From the IMG/VR virus record IMGVR_UViG_3300005287_000001: a DNA stretch of 28,969 nucleotides; one strand, 5' to 3'. This document shows positions 17,515-27,314 of the stretch, in pieces; position 1 is the stretch's first letter, and each line of letters begins with the position of its first letter. The notes beneath the pieces were generated by a model. The model was not told the origin of the DNA, ran no database searches, and saw only the letters and a program-made list of their open reading frames with translations. The translations under genes were made by a program, and so were the position numbers. Origin of the DNA: a virus.

Positions 17515-18741
17515 TTAACTCTTTACCAGTATTGCTTTACCCTCACTATCAGTAGATTCGGTAAATGTATATCCAGCATTAGATAATCTGGCAATCAGCC
17601 ATTCTTTGGTTGTGTCAGAACAGTTGGTAACATATACAGTTGTCAATAAGGTACAATGGTCAAACATATATGTATAGTTAGTAACTGCTGTGCTATCAAA
17701 ATTATCCAGATGTATAGTTTTTACTGCATAACAGTAACGGAACATACTATTAGTATTAGTAAGTACTGATGAGGCTAGCCAACTAACATCTATATCCTCT
17801 ATAGACTGCCAATTATAATGCATACCACCAACAATAGTTGCAACTGTATTCTATGTGGTAGGTGCTGAATAACTAGTAATTTTCGTAAATCCAGATAGGA
17901 AGCTACTAAAGTTAGTGCTTTGTGATACATCCCATTTACTAAGATCTAAAGATGTAATTCCAGTATTGTTATTTAAATCTAGGAACTGTTCAAAGGTAGT
18001 AACCTTAGAAGTATCAATTTCACCTATATTTAATTCCTTTAGACTGTTGCACCTATAAAAAGCTCTCTTCATATTGGTTACTGCTGAAGTATCCATACCA
18101 TTAAGTGTAACTGTTTCTAGTGCAGAACACTCATTACACAAATAGTTTAGTGTAGTATTAGAGGAAGTGCCAGTAAATCCAGATAAATCTAAGTTCACTA
18201 ATGAGGAGCAAACATTAAACATAGCATCCATAATAGTAACTGCTGTTGGATTCCATCCAGTTAAATCTATAGATTTTAGAGATTTACAAGACTAAAACAT
18301 CTGACTCATATTAGTAACCTTAGAAACATCCCACATAGATAAATCTAAGGAAGTTACTTTAACACAATTATTAAACACCCTATACATATTGGTTACATTA
18401 GAAGTATCCCATCCAGTAAAGTCAAAATTAACTAAAGGAATATTACCAGTATTGTCATTAAATATTCTATCCATAGTTGTTAGATTGCTGGAATCACAAT
18501 ACTTTAACCAACTCATATCATAGGTTTTAGTGGTATCAAATGCGTTATTAGTCCACCTAAAATTCCACTAATTAGGTAATACAATACTAGGTGGTGCAAT
18601 ACCTTCTATAGAAGTAACCTTATCTGCATAGCTTCTAAAAGTGTCACTGTCAGAAACAGTAACACCTTTATTAACTAATGCCTCTTTTATCGCTGTTTTA
18701 GTATCATTTAAATATGATAACTTTTCCGATATAGTTCCCAT
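17515..18741 (-). CDS. BspA-like leucine-rich-repeat (26-residue surface-protein repeat) protein, 408 aa, with 3 in-frame TAG codons
   Basis: It joins 18292..18516, 17851..18231 and 17515..17823 in one frame, with TAG codons at 18568, 18292 and 17851. The repeat F..C..L.SLDLS.WDVS.VT.M..MF recurs. The N-terminus is MGTISEKLSYLNDTKTAIKEALVNKGV. TAA at 17515-17517. Confidence 0.75.
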
Positions 18742-18743
18742 AA

Positions 18744-20831
18744 TTAAACCTCCTCACCATTAATTGTATCCAACAGAGTAGATATATTACCAATAGTACT
18801 TTCAATCTCAGTTATTTTGGCTGTAATAACCTTATTCTGTACTGGATTCTCTGAAGTATCAGATAGTTCGGAATCTACAGTAACAGAACCTCCTCCACCT
18901 TCAGAGATAACCTCTTGAAGTGATTTAGCAGAATCCCAATTGGTGCCGTCATAATCACCAATACCTTTTATATAAGTGTAACCGTCTGCCATTATTTGAA
19001 GAACATTGCTTCTTGCGTTAATAGAACCATCACCTATTGTAAATTTAGTACCGTTGTGGGTAGTATCTGAGCCACTTGTTACAAATTTATTGTACTGTCC
19101 CAATGCAACTTCCGCTTCATTTACAGCATAATTATCCTCACCTATTGCAACTGAATATTTACCTGTTGCTTGGTTACTTTGTCCTATTGCAACTGACGGC
19201 TGACCATTTGCGGATGCAGAATTACTCATACCAATGGCCGTTGAGGCATAACTATTTGCAGCATTAGAATATCCAATAGCCGTTGAGGCATAACCATATG
19301 CCTTATTACTACTACCTATAGCAGCACTATATTGACCACTAACAGTATTATAACTTCCCAAAGCATAGGTGTAATCGTAGGCCTGTCTATTATTATTGTA
19401 TTCACCAATCATATAACTATAAGCACCTGCTTTATTGTTGTAACCTGCTGCAAAACCATATTGACCACTTACTGTGTTTGAGCAACCTATGGTTGCACCA
19501 TACATTGCACTGATGGTATTGTTACGACCTGCTGCAAATCCATACTCACCACTAACGGTATTTGACTCACCGCCAACAAGAGCTTCTGATTCAGATACTT
19601 TATTGCTTGTGCCAAATACAGCCGAATAACTACCCTTTGTTATGCTATTATCGTAACCTGCCACAAAATTTTGGTAAGTATTGGCCGAAATGGTAATATT
19701 ACTGCCAAAAGCTGCTGATGCCTTACCTTCAACTGTATTGTCACAATCTACTTCAGTACCACTCCAATGGGTGTAAGTACCTTTCATCTTTATTGAACAG
19801 TCACCATCATTAACCAAATTAAGAGTTGAGTTAATAACATTATCATCTGTTATTTCTAAAGAAGTTCCTGCGGTATATTCTGTTCCACCTCCAGTAGCTG
19901 ATATTACATTATCAGTAATAGTAATGTTATCACCTGCTGTAAGTGTGTTTTGCTTAGCAGCCAACAACTCATCTGTAGCTGTTTTATTATAGTATTGTGT
20001 AGGATCGAATGTTCCACCTCCTGCAACTTTCTCATCAATAGTAGCCTTATCATAAGTATATTCTGAAAGGGCTGTACTATCTATATAATCACCAGCATCC
20101 TATTTATTGGCTAGTGCTGTATTTACTTCTGTCTTATATTCAGTAAAGGTAGTATCTGTTACATAATCACCTTTATCCTATTTTGTATCTAGATCCTCTT
20201 TAGTTGCATAGCCATCTAATGACTAATGCTCTGTAAGATAGCCAGCATCATTAGTAAAGGCAGATACTTTAGTAGGAAAATCTGTAATATCTGTAGTTGT
20301 ATGTGTATGTTCTAAGGCTGCTTTATTATTAAGTACAGCCGTTATAACTTTATTTTGAACTGGATTTTCAGAGGTTTCTGACATCTCATCATCAACTATA
20401 CCTCCACTATTCTCCAATGCTGTAACTCTCTAATCTAAACTATCTTCAGCAGCTAATGCTCTAGCTATTTCTGTATCAATTGCCTTCTTTAATTCTTCTA
20501 AATCAATTTCGCCAATATCAGTAGTATCGCCAGTTCCATAATTTCTGTAAAGATCTATAAGGAAATTATAACTGTTTGGAATCTCTACTGCTGTCGTATA
20601 GGCTACTGATTCTCTGTTGGCATAATAGTTACCCACCAATAAAAGTAAGGCTTGTTTCAGAGGAGCAGGAATGTCACCTTTATCATCCTCCAAATCAGTT
20701 AAATATACATTAAGATGCTTAGCAATAGCACCTTCACAAGCCAGAATTAGGGCTGATATGTAATTATCATCTTCTGTAAATGTATCATTTATATTAAGAT
20801 GTTTTTTAACTTCATCAACTGTTATATACAT
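18744..20831 (-). CDS. gp6-like head-tail connector domain fused in frame to a fibre with YadA/Hep_Hag-like repeats, 695 aa, with 4 in-frame TAG codons
   Basis: The N-terminal ~103 aa read MYITVDEVKKHLNI...DIPAPLKQALLLLVGNYYANRESV...LIDLYRNY, which is the Phage_connect_1 pattern. The same frame continues with no TAA or TGA through TAG codons at 20430, 20223, 20178 and 20100. It then enters a coiled coil, HTH..DI fibre motifs and SVAIG/STAIG repeats. TAA at 18744-18746. Confidence 0.65.
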
Positions 20832-20839
20832 ATCACTAT

Positions 20840-20888
20840 AAAAATAAAAAAAGTGCAAGCAGGTAACTCTAAGTACCTACCTGCACTT
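20840..20888 (-). terminator. Hairpin plus T-rich run after the major capsid gene
   Basis: A 13-bp stem with 2 mismatches forms between 20853-20865 and 20874-20886. On the minus strand it is followed by TTTTTTATTTTT. Confidence 0.5.
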
Positions 20889-20912
20889 TAAAGGTTATTA
20901 ATTAATCAAAAA

Positions 20913-22130
20913 TCAATTTTCTGCAATAGTCTTAGCTACGATAGCTTCTGCTCTACGAGGTTTAGCATCAAAGTAAGCATTAACAACCAAGCGAACTTCG
21001 CCTTGATCAGCGAGTGTATAAGGATCAACTGTAAGGTCTATAGCACCCCACTGTGCAATTACATAGTCAGCAAAATTACCAACTACAATACCCTTAGCAC
21101 CAGCAGCTACATAAGCAGGAGTACCATCAATCTCACCATTCTCAAAGATCATACCAGTGTTGTTAGTACCCTTAATAGTGCTACGAAGAGTAGCCTTTAC
21201 AGATGGACTAACAATATAAGTATAGTCACCAAATACTTTGTTGTTCTCAAGTTCAGCCTCTAATTCACAAATATCCTTATAGTCAGCACTAATTGAACCA
21301 GCACCGTTAAAGATACCTGCAGGTTGGTTAGCTGTACCAGCAGCATCACCTAAGATAGTAGCTTGGAGCTTGTCTGTGATAGCATTTATAATATCTCTAC
21401 GCAACATCTCATCAGCAGCAGCAGAATCTTGGATCAAGAATTGCTTTGATACGTTAATCTTAGTTGTAAGACGTTTTGGGGTAAGTAATACTTCACCAAA
21501 TTCTCCTGCACCATCGTCAGCAGCTTCAATTTCACCCTTCCAAGTAGCAGATGTTCCAGCATAAGTAGGTATAGAAACATCACCAACAAGTCCAGTAAGT
21601 ATAGTAGCACCAGCTTTAGCAAGTACTAAGTTATCTCTTAGTGGATCGAGGATATTCAATTTTTCCTCTGCAACTACTTCTTGTCCAGCCGTAGCAACTG
21701 TAGCTTGTACATCAGCTCTTTCCTCAACTGGCAACTGTATTTGGCCATTGAATGAAAGGCCAGATTTACGCATTTCTGCTTTACCAACGTTAATTACTGC
21801 TTGTGCAGACTCGTCTAATTGTCTTTTATCAGCTATACTGCGAATAGCTTTTACTAATGAAAATTTATTCATACTTCTTTCCTCTTCTTCTTCTTTTTCA
21901 GCCTTTTCTTCAGTAGGCTCTGGTTCGTTATCGTCTTTCTTATCTAATTCTTTGTCAATCTCAGCAATTTGTTCTTTTATTTCTTCCAACTCAGCTTGCT
22001 CTTCCTCGTTTAATTCTCTCTCCTCTGACTGAGCAGTGCTAAGTAATTCGTTTGCGTCTTTGATAAGTTGCTCTTTCTTATCAATAAGTTCTACAGTATT
22101 CATACTGCGAAATGAAACTTTCTTCTTCAT
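20913..22130 (-). CDS. Major capsid protein, HK97 fold, with an N-terminal acidic coiled-coil (scaffold-like) region
   Basis: 405 aa. It follows the prohead protease. The N-terminus is Glu-rich. TGA stop and no TAG. Confidence 0.9.
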   Translation of the reverse strand: MKKKVSFRSMNTVELIDKKEQLIKDANELLSTAQSEERELNEEEQAELEEIKEQIAEIDKELDKKDDNEPEPTEEKAEKEEEEERSMNKFSLVKAIRSIADKRQLDESAQAVINVGKAEMRKSGLSFNGQIQLPVEERADVQATVATAGQEVVAEEKLNILDPLRDNLVLAKAGATILTGLVGDVSIPTYAGTSATWKGEIEAADDGAGEFGEVLLTPKRLTTKINVSKQFLIQDSAAADEMLRRDIINAITDKLQATILGDAAGTANQPAGIFNGAGSISADYKDICELEAELENNKVFGDYTYIVSPSVKATLRSTIKGTNNTGMIFENGEIDGTPAYVAAGAKGIVVGNFADYVIAQWGAIDLTVDPYTLADQGEVRLVVNAYFDAKPRRAEAIVAKTIAEN

Positions 22131-22138
22131 ACTTTATT

Positions 22139-22729
22139 TTATTTAACTAATAAATTCTTTCGTAAATTAGAGTAATATTCAGCAAGTTTTATCTTGCGTA
22201 ATTCTTTATTCTCAGCTTCTTTTATTAAATCTAGGCCTCTAGTATCTACAACAACACTAGTAGCGTCATAAGCAGCTCTATAAACTGGTGAAACATCAAA
22301 CAATTCATTAATATGTGTTATGATTCGTAAGTAAGAACCATCATCTTGTTTCTCCCATTTGTCCTCTGCAACAGTAAATGCAAAACTAGATGTAGATATA
22401 TCACCCCTTTTAACACCTTCTAGTAATTCATCACCTAATGCAGTATGTGGTGCTTCAAACTTATACATAAGTCCTATATCGTCTATACTTAAAGATAGAC
22501 TACCAACACCTTGTTTAGATCTTGCAAGAACACCCCTTTCTTCATTATGGTCTAATAAGGCCAGTACATCCGATTGATCTATAACACCTTCTAGAGCTGC
22601 TGGATCTATAATCTCAATAAATCCACCTAAATCATTAGATGGAGTATTAAATACAGCAGCATAACCACTAATCATACGGCTATCTACTGTATCCAATCCA
22701 ACATCACCAATATTTCTTTTTTCTATCAT
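22139..22729 (-). CDS. Prohead serine protease, HK97 family
   Basis: 196 aa with ...SGYAAVFNTPSNDLGGFIEIIDPAALEGV...LLDHNEERGVLARSK.... TAA stop and no TAG. Confidence 0.9.
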   Translation of the reverse strand: MIEKRNIGDVGLDTVDSRMISGYAAVFNTPSNDLGGFIEIIDPAALEGVIDQSDVLALLDHNEERGVLARSKQGVGSLSLSIDDIGLMYKFEAPHTALGDELLEGVKRGDISTSSFAFTVAEDKWEKQDDGSYLRIITHINELFDVSPVYRAAYDATSVVVDTRGLDLIKEAENKELRKIKLAEYYSNLRKNLLVK

Positions 22730-23988
22730 ACCTCTGTATTCGTTACATCCTCTTGTTTAACAATCTCCTCATTCTCTATTCTGTTATCTGTAGCTACATT
22801 ATTACTTGCATTTTTTAAAGTCATAAGATTTACTTGGCAGAAATGATTATCACCACCATCAACGGCTGGCAAATCAAATTCTTTTCTTATCTCATTAACT
22901 GATACAACACCAATATTGAATAAAGTATTGTAATAGTTAGCAAGTGACTCTTTATCTGTTCTAAGTAATCTGGATGTATCAAATCTTACCTAAATAGAAT
23001 CTCTCTCCGATGGCTTATACAATTTCCTTTCAAACTCTAACTCTATCTTTTCAAGCATAGGAGAAAGTGTATCCGTTAAGAATGATAAGTTTGTAGCTTC
23101 AACAGTACTATAGGAGCTATGAGATAAATCAAAGGCTTTTACTGGAGAAACTCCGAAAAATCTACATATATCTACCACATTGAACTCTCTAGTTTCTAAT
23201 AACTGAGAATCCTCTGGATTAACAGTAATTGGTTCATAGGTCATATTACCCTGCAGAACGGCAATACCATTAGGATTGCCAGTTTCTGGGCTGAATGCCT
23301 AATTCCAACTGTTTTTTAAATCTTGCTATTGTTTGGTTGTAAGACTAGATTCAACTTTAAGAATACCAGCTAAGTTAGCTCCACCTTTAAAGAATCCTGC
23401 TGAATGTGCTTCAGCATTATTAGCCAACTCCAAAGTATTCCTTGCATATTTTAAAGTGGATATACCAGTAATGCCATCATTACTAAAGTTAAGAATATGT
23501 ATCATATTGCAAGCCTCTACAATACCTTTAATACCTTTTACTGAGTAAGTAATATTTTCCTCATAGGTGCGAGGTTCAATAATAGTCACATATTCAGAAG
23601 GAATAAAGTGTAAAGCAATAGCATCACCAGCTAAATTCCTTTGTATGTAAGCATATCCATTTCCTTTTAAGAGTACACTAGTTACCAGTGTTTTCAAGAA
23701 TGTAAATCTAGTCATTCTCTTGTTTGGTTCTGAATTTAGAATCCTATAAGTAGGGTGTTGAACGAATTTACTTCTATATCCCTAAGCATCCACTTTGTAA
23801 GGTTCTAGTGGAAGCTGGGCTATAGAATCAGAAATTACTTCTACACACCTATATACTGCTGATAGTAATAAGGCCTTATTAGGTGTAGCCGTAAGAATAT
23901 TACTACCAAACAGTAAGTAGTCAAAACCAGAACTTCTTTGTTCCATTTGAACTGGAACTACTTTCTACTTTTTACTAAATAATCCCAT
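22726..23988 (-). CDS. Portal protein, HK97 family, 420 aa, with 5 in-frame TAG codons
   Basis: The ATG at 23986-23988 overlaps the TerL TAA (TAATG). One frame joins 23326..23715 and 22990..23244. TAG codons are at 23965, 23782, 23326, 23299 and 22990. The TGA at 22726-22728 overlaps the protease ATG. Confidence 0.9.
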
Positions 23989-25607
23989 TATATAACTAAT
24001 ATTTCATTTGTATAGTGTGGAGAATCTAAATACTATCCTAATGCTTCTATTATGGCTATTACACCATCTATCTTTTTACCCTTAACTGCTTTGTTAGGTT
24101 TAATGTTACCGTTATGATCTGATTTTAGTTGTACATTCTTAAAACACCATCTGGTAATCTCATTATTAAAGATAACAGCTTTGCCAGATAGTAGTAAACG
24201 TTCCAATTCTCTGGTTGGTTTATTAAAGTTACCTAGAGTCTGTGGATACTCAACTAAAGGTAATCCCATCTCTGTAGATTTAATAGCCCACTATGTGGCA
24301 TTGTACTTATCATAACCAACCGATTGTAAGTTCACTACATCAGCATATTTCATCATATCATTAGTAATATAGTCATAATCAGTAACATTACCAGCCGTAA
24401 TATGTAATATACCCTAATTCTTCCAACTCTTATATAATTCTCGGTCTGGTTTCTCTATTAAAGCAGATTCTGGTAGATAGTAATCTGTCCAGAAATAGTA
24501 AGTATCATCTTTAATAGCCATATAAGCAACAGCAGTCAAATCTGATGTGGCAGCCAAATCCACACCACAATATACATCACAATCTCTAAATGTATGCCAA
24601 TCAAAATCAGATGAAGCCTTAACAATATAGTGATCTGGTAGCCATACATCTGCTACGTCACACCACAAGTTTAAATTCTTAGTCTTAACTGATACTTCCT
24701 CTGATGGATTGTTTGTTGCTTGTTGTACCTATTCTCTAAGATATTTTTTAGTAACAGTAACATCTAAATTAGGAGTACATTTTACCCAATTCTCTTCTTT
24801 AGTCCAATCATCATCAACATCTAAAGAGTAAATAGCAACAAATAAAGAATCATCCTGCTTTAAGTTATGTAGAATTTCCACACAAGTTTCTCTTAATTTA
24901 TAGCAGGGCAAAGTCTTATCAAATCCAGCAGTTGTAATAGTACACAAGTGAGGATTTTGTCGCATACCCATAGATGATTTTATTACATCCCTAACCTTAG
25001 ATGTTTTAGCTGAGTGATATTCATCGACCAAACCAAAGGAAGCATTAAATCCATCCAGTTTAGAATCATCAGATGCAAATACTTTTAAAGAAGAGTGATT
25101 AGCATCTAAAAAGATCCTATCCCTATATGCTCTAAGATACTTAGATTTTGGATCTAGTTGCTTAGTAAAAGTCTGACAAAACTCATAAGCAATCTTAGCT
25201 TGCTCCTTACTATTAGCAGCCAAATCAACCTCAGCACCATCCTCACCGTCAGCTATTAAAAAGTAAAGACATAAGCCAGCAGCTAGTGCTGTCTTGCCAT
25301 TCTTTCTGGAGACTTCTATATAACTGCTGGTAAACCGTCTAGTACCGTCAGTTGTATAGAAGCCTACAATATTAGCTATAATAAATTGTTGCCAGTTCTC
25401 TAAGATGAATGACTAGCCAGAAGAACTACCCTTAAAGTGTTTCAGCATTTTAAAGAAGTTAATTGCTTTATCTACTTTATCCTCTCTAAAGGTAAGATCT
25501 GTTCTTTGTAAATCATTCTGGAACCTCTAGCAAGCCAAATATATCAGTTCACCAACCAAGATTCTTTTATTAAGGACATCATCAACATACTGATAATATC
25601 CTTTCAT
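23988..25607 (-). CDS. Terminase large subunit, 539 aa, with 6 in-frame TAG codons
   Basis: The ATG at 25605-25607 overlaps the TerS TGA. One frame joins 24729..25223, 24414..24668 and 24033..24269. TAG codons are at 25527, 25413, 24729, 24414, 24291 and 24033. The motif is ...FILENWQQFIIANIVGFYT...YIEVSRKNGKTALAAGL... (Walker A). TAA at 23988-23990. Confidence 0.9.
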
Positions 25608-25978
25608 TTATTGTCTTTTAAAAAACTGTCTAATGGTGAATCTTCCTCATCATTATCTAATGCATCTATTTTCTATCTATCCTTTGGTGTTAGTCCAAAC
25701 TTCTCCATTACTTTAATGCAAGCAGTTTGTGCATCCTTGCCAATTTTAACTGCAGGATGCTCACTAATATTACCCCTATCACTTCTAACTGTTATGCCTT
25801 CTTTTTCTATAAGCTTATTGGCCTTTATAAAAGTAGAGTAGTTTCTAGCCAGTATCTGTAATGCTCCCGTATCAACGTCAGCTAATATTCCCTTTGATTC
25901 TAGCATATCAATGACTACTTTCATATAAGCCTTAGCCTCTGCTTCAATACTTTTAGGCATTATAAATTCACCCGTCAT
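25604..25978 (-). CDS. Terminase small subunit (P27-family-like), 124 aa, with 1 in-frame TAG
   Basis: The 25673..25978 fragment continues through the TAG at 25673 to TGA 25604-25606 (ATGA overlap with TerL). Confidence 0.75.
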
Positions 25979-26081
25979 TTTTGTAAGATAATTAATAATT
26001 TATTCATAAGTCATACATCTCAGTGTTAAACATTAAATATTTAAGGCTAGAAGTACATCTTAGTAGTTTTTTTAATTTTCA

Positions 26082-26113
26082 TTTGGAAAATGTAAAATTA
26101 CTAGGTATATTTA
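26082..26113 (+). promoter_or_regulatory. Candidate early promoter with -33 TTTG and -7 TATATTTA
   Basis: TTTG at 26082-26085 and TAtaTTTa at 26106-26113, a 7/8 match to TAnnTTTG, with 20-nt spacing. It lies about 28 nt upstream of the ATG at 26141. Confidence 0.25.
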
Positions 26114-26140
26114 CTTATAATAATAATAAATCAAAATACT

Positions 26141-26299
26141 ATGAAAACAAAAAAATCTGGATTTGTTGGTGTAAGATTAACACCTCATTAGGAGTTTGAA
26201 CTATCAAATATTGCTAGAGAACTCAATTTAAGTAAGAGTTAGGTAATCAGATGTAGTATTGATAACCTAATAGAATCATATTATAGCCCTATAGTGTAA
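26141..26299 (+). CDS. Small ribbon-helix-helix-like DNA-binding protein, 52 aa, with 2 in-frame TAG codons
   Basis: Product is MKTKKSGFVGVRLTPH(Q)EFELSNIARELNLSKS(Q)VIRCSIDNLIESYYSPIV. This is a beta-strand then helix-helix pattern of CopG/MobC type. TAA is at 26297-26299. The last 15 nt overlap the tRNA. Confidence 0.5.
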
Positions 26300-26359
26300 A
26301 GGTTAGCACCAATATCTCTAAAATATTAGGTCTCAGTTCGATTCTGAGTGGGGCAACCA
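26285..26359 (+). tRNA. Amber suppressor tRNA, anticodon CUA, reading UAG
   Basis: Hand-folded cloverleaf.
- Acceptor stem: 26285-26291 with 26349-26355, six pairs including one G-U; position 1:72 is A-A.
- T at position 8.
- D stem: GTGT/GCAC, with GG in the D loop.
- Anticodon stem: AATAT/ATATT. The loop is CT-CTA-AA, with the anticodon at 26318-26320.
- Variable region: 4 nt.
- T stem: CTCAG/CTGAG, with loop TTCGATT.
- Discriminator A, and an encoded CCA. Confidence 0.85.
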
Positions 26360-26370
26360 AAAGAAATACT

Positions 26371-26532
26371 ATGAACAGAACAGAAACTTTTATAGAAATG
26401 TGTGAGGCAACAATAAATATGGCAAAATTAGTAAAGAAATTTGCCGTTGATTATGGCCTGCAAGATAATCCAATTTATATAGATTACCAAGATCAACTTA
26501 ATAACCTAAGTGTAGTTTATGAAGAAAATTAA
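26371..26532 (+). CDS. Hypothetical protein, 53 aa
   Basis: The ATG at 26371 lies 12 nt after the tRNA. Product is MNRTETFIEMCEATINMAKLVKKFAVDYGLQDNPIYIDYQDQLNNLSVVYEEN. TAA stop and no TAG. Confidence 0.4.
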   Translation: MNRTETFIEMCEATINMAKLVKKFAVDYGLQDNPIYIDYQDQLNNLSVVYEEN

Positions 26533-26998
26533 AAACTGGGATAGTTATAGACGTAAATAGTGTAATATAGAAAAAGCCGTTTACAACCCAGAAGTAAATA
26601 ATCTAATACAGAAAAATTATATACCATTATACCAATCTTTAGTAAAGAATGAATGGGATTTGACCTATTTTTAGGATGCTTTCCTAAAGATAACACATTA
26701 GTACAATCCAGAAGAGGATTTTGTGTAGCAGTTTATACATCTTTTCAAGATAATGAAAGGTGGTTGTATCAGAGATGATAATGCATTACTAAAGATAAAT
26801 CAAGAAGATATGTCAGTTTATTCTGGATATAATGATGTATATGTAAAGTAGAATGGTAATGAAGTACTATTGCCATTTAGTTTTGAACAAGAAGATACAG
26901 TAGTAGCTAAAACTAATAATAAACTAAAGGATGCCTTACTTAAAGAAAGCAGAGAAGCCAAAAATAAGAAGCGACATAAAACGCAAAACTAGGAATAA
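26519..26998 (+). CDS. Hypothetical protein, 159 aa, with 6 in-frame TAG codons
   Basis: The ATG at 26519 overlaps the previous gene's end. TAG codons are at 26558, 26672, 26699, 26726, 26849 and 26990. TAA is at 26996-26998. The 3' end overlaps the HNH start by 68 nt, so the true end or the HNH start is uncertain. Confidence 0.45.
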
Positions 26999-27314
26999 GA
27001 TCTACACCACCGCTAAATGGTCTAATTTGCGTAAAAGTAAACTAATGTTCAATCCTTTATGTGAATTATGTCTGGCACAGGGTAAAGTAACTCCAGCTAC
27101 TGATGTTCACCACAATTATTCCTTCCTAAACATAGATGGTAGTATAAACTATGATAGATGCTATGACTATGGAAATCTAATTAGTTTATGTCACTAGTGC
27201 CATTCAAAAATTCATAAATAGTATGGCCGAACAGAAGGAGAGGTAGGAAATCTAATATATGCCTTAAATAGAGAAAAAGAAAAAATTATTTCAGAATCAG
27301 AAGGACAAAAATAA
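26931..27314 (+). CDS. HNH endonuclease (packaging-associated type), 127 aa, with 2 in-frame TAG codons
   Basis: The track ORF 26931..27197 ends ...NLISLCH at a TAG. Read-through gives LCH(Q)CHSKIHK(Q)YGRTEG..., which completes the HNH C..C / H motif. TAA at 27312-27314. Confidence 0.85.

Noticed and set aside
18744-18760. A GAGGAGG Shine-Dalgarno-like sequence before the BspA-like gene, as evidence for a Firmicutes host
   Set aside because: It is part of the coding sequence of the upstream fibre (..NGEEV stop). Other gene starts lack SD motifs.
20832-20858. The TTG start at 20858 given in the track for the connector ORF (MHFFYFYSD...)
   Set aside because: That stretch is the T-rich tail of the capsid-gene terminator. 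The ATG at 20829-20831 (MYITVDEVKKHL) matches the usual N-terminus of gp6-like connectors.
22990-25223. Terminase and portal appear as several short ORFs, suggesting pseudogenes or a degraded prophage
   Set aside because: Every interruption is an in-frame TAG, with no frameshifts. The fragments are collinear in one frame, and the same pattern holds for 17 genes. A CUA-anticodon tRNA is also present. Recoding explains this better than decay.
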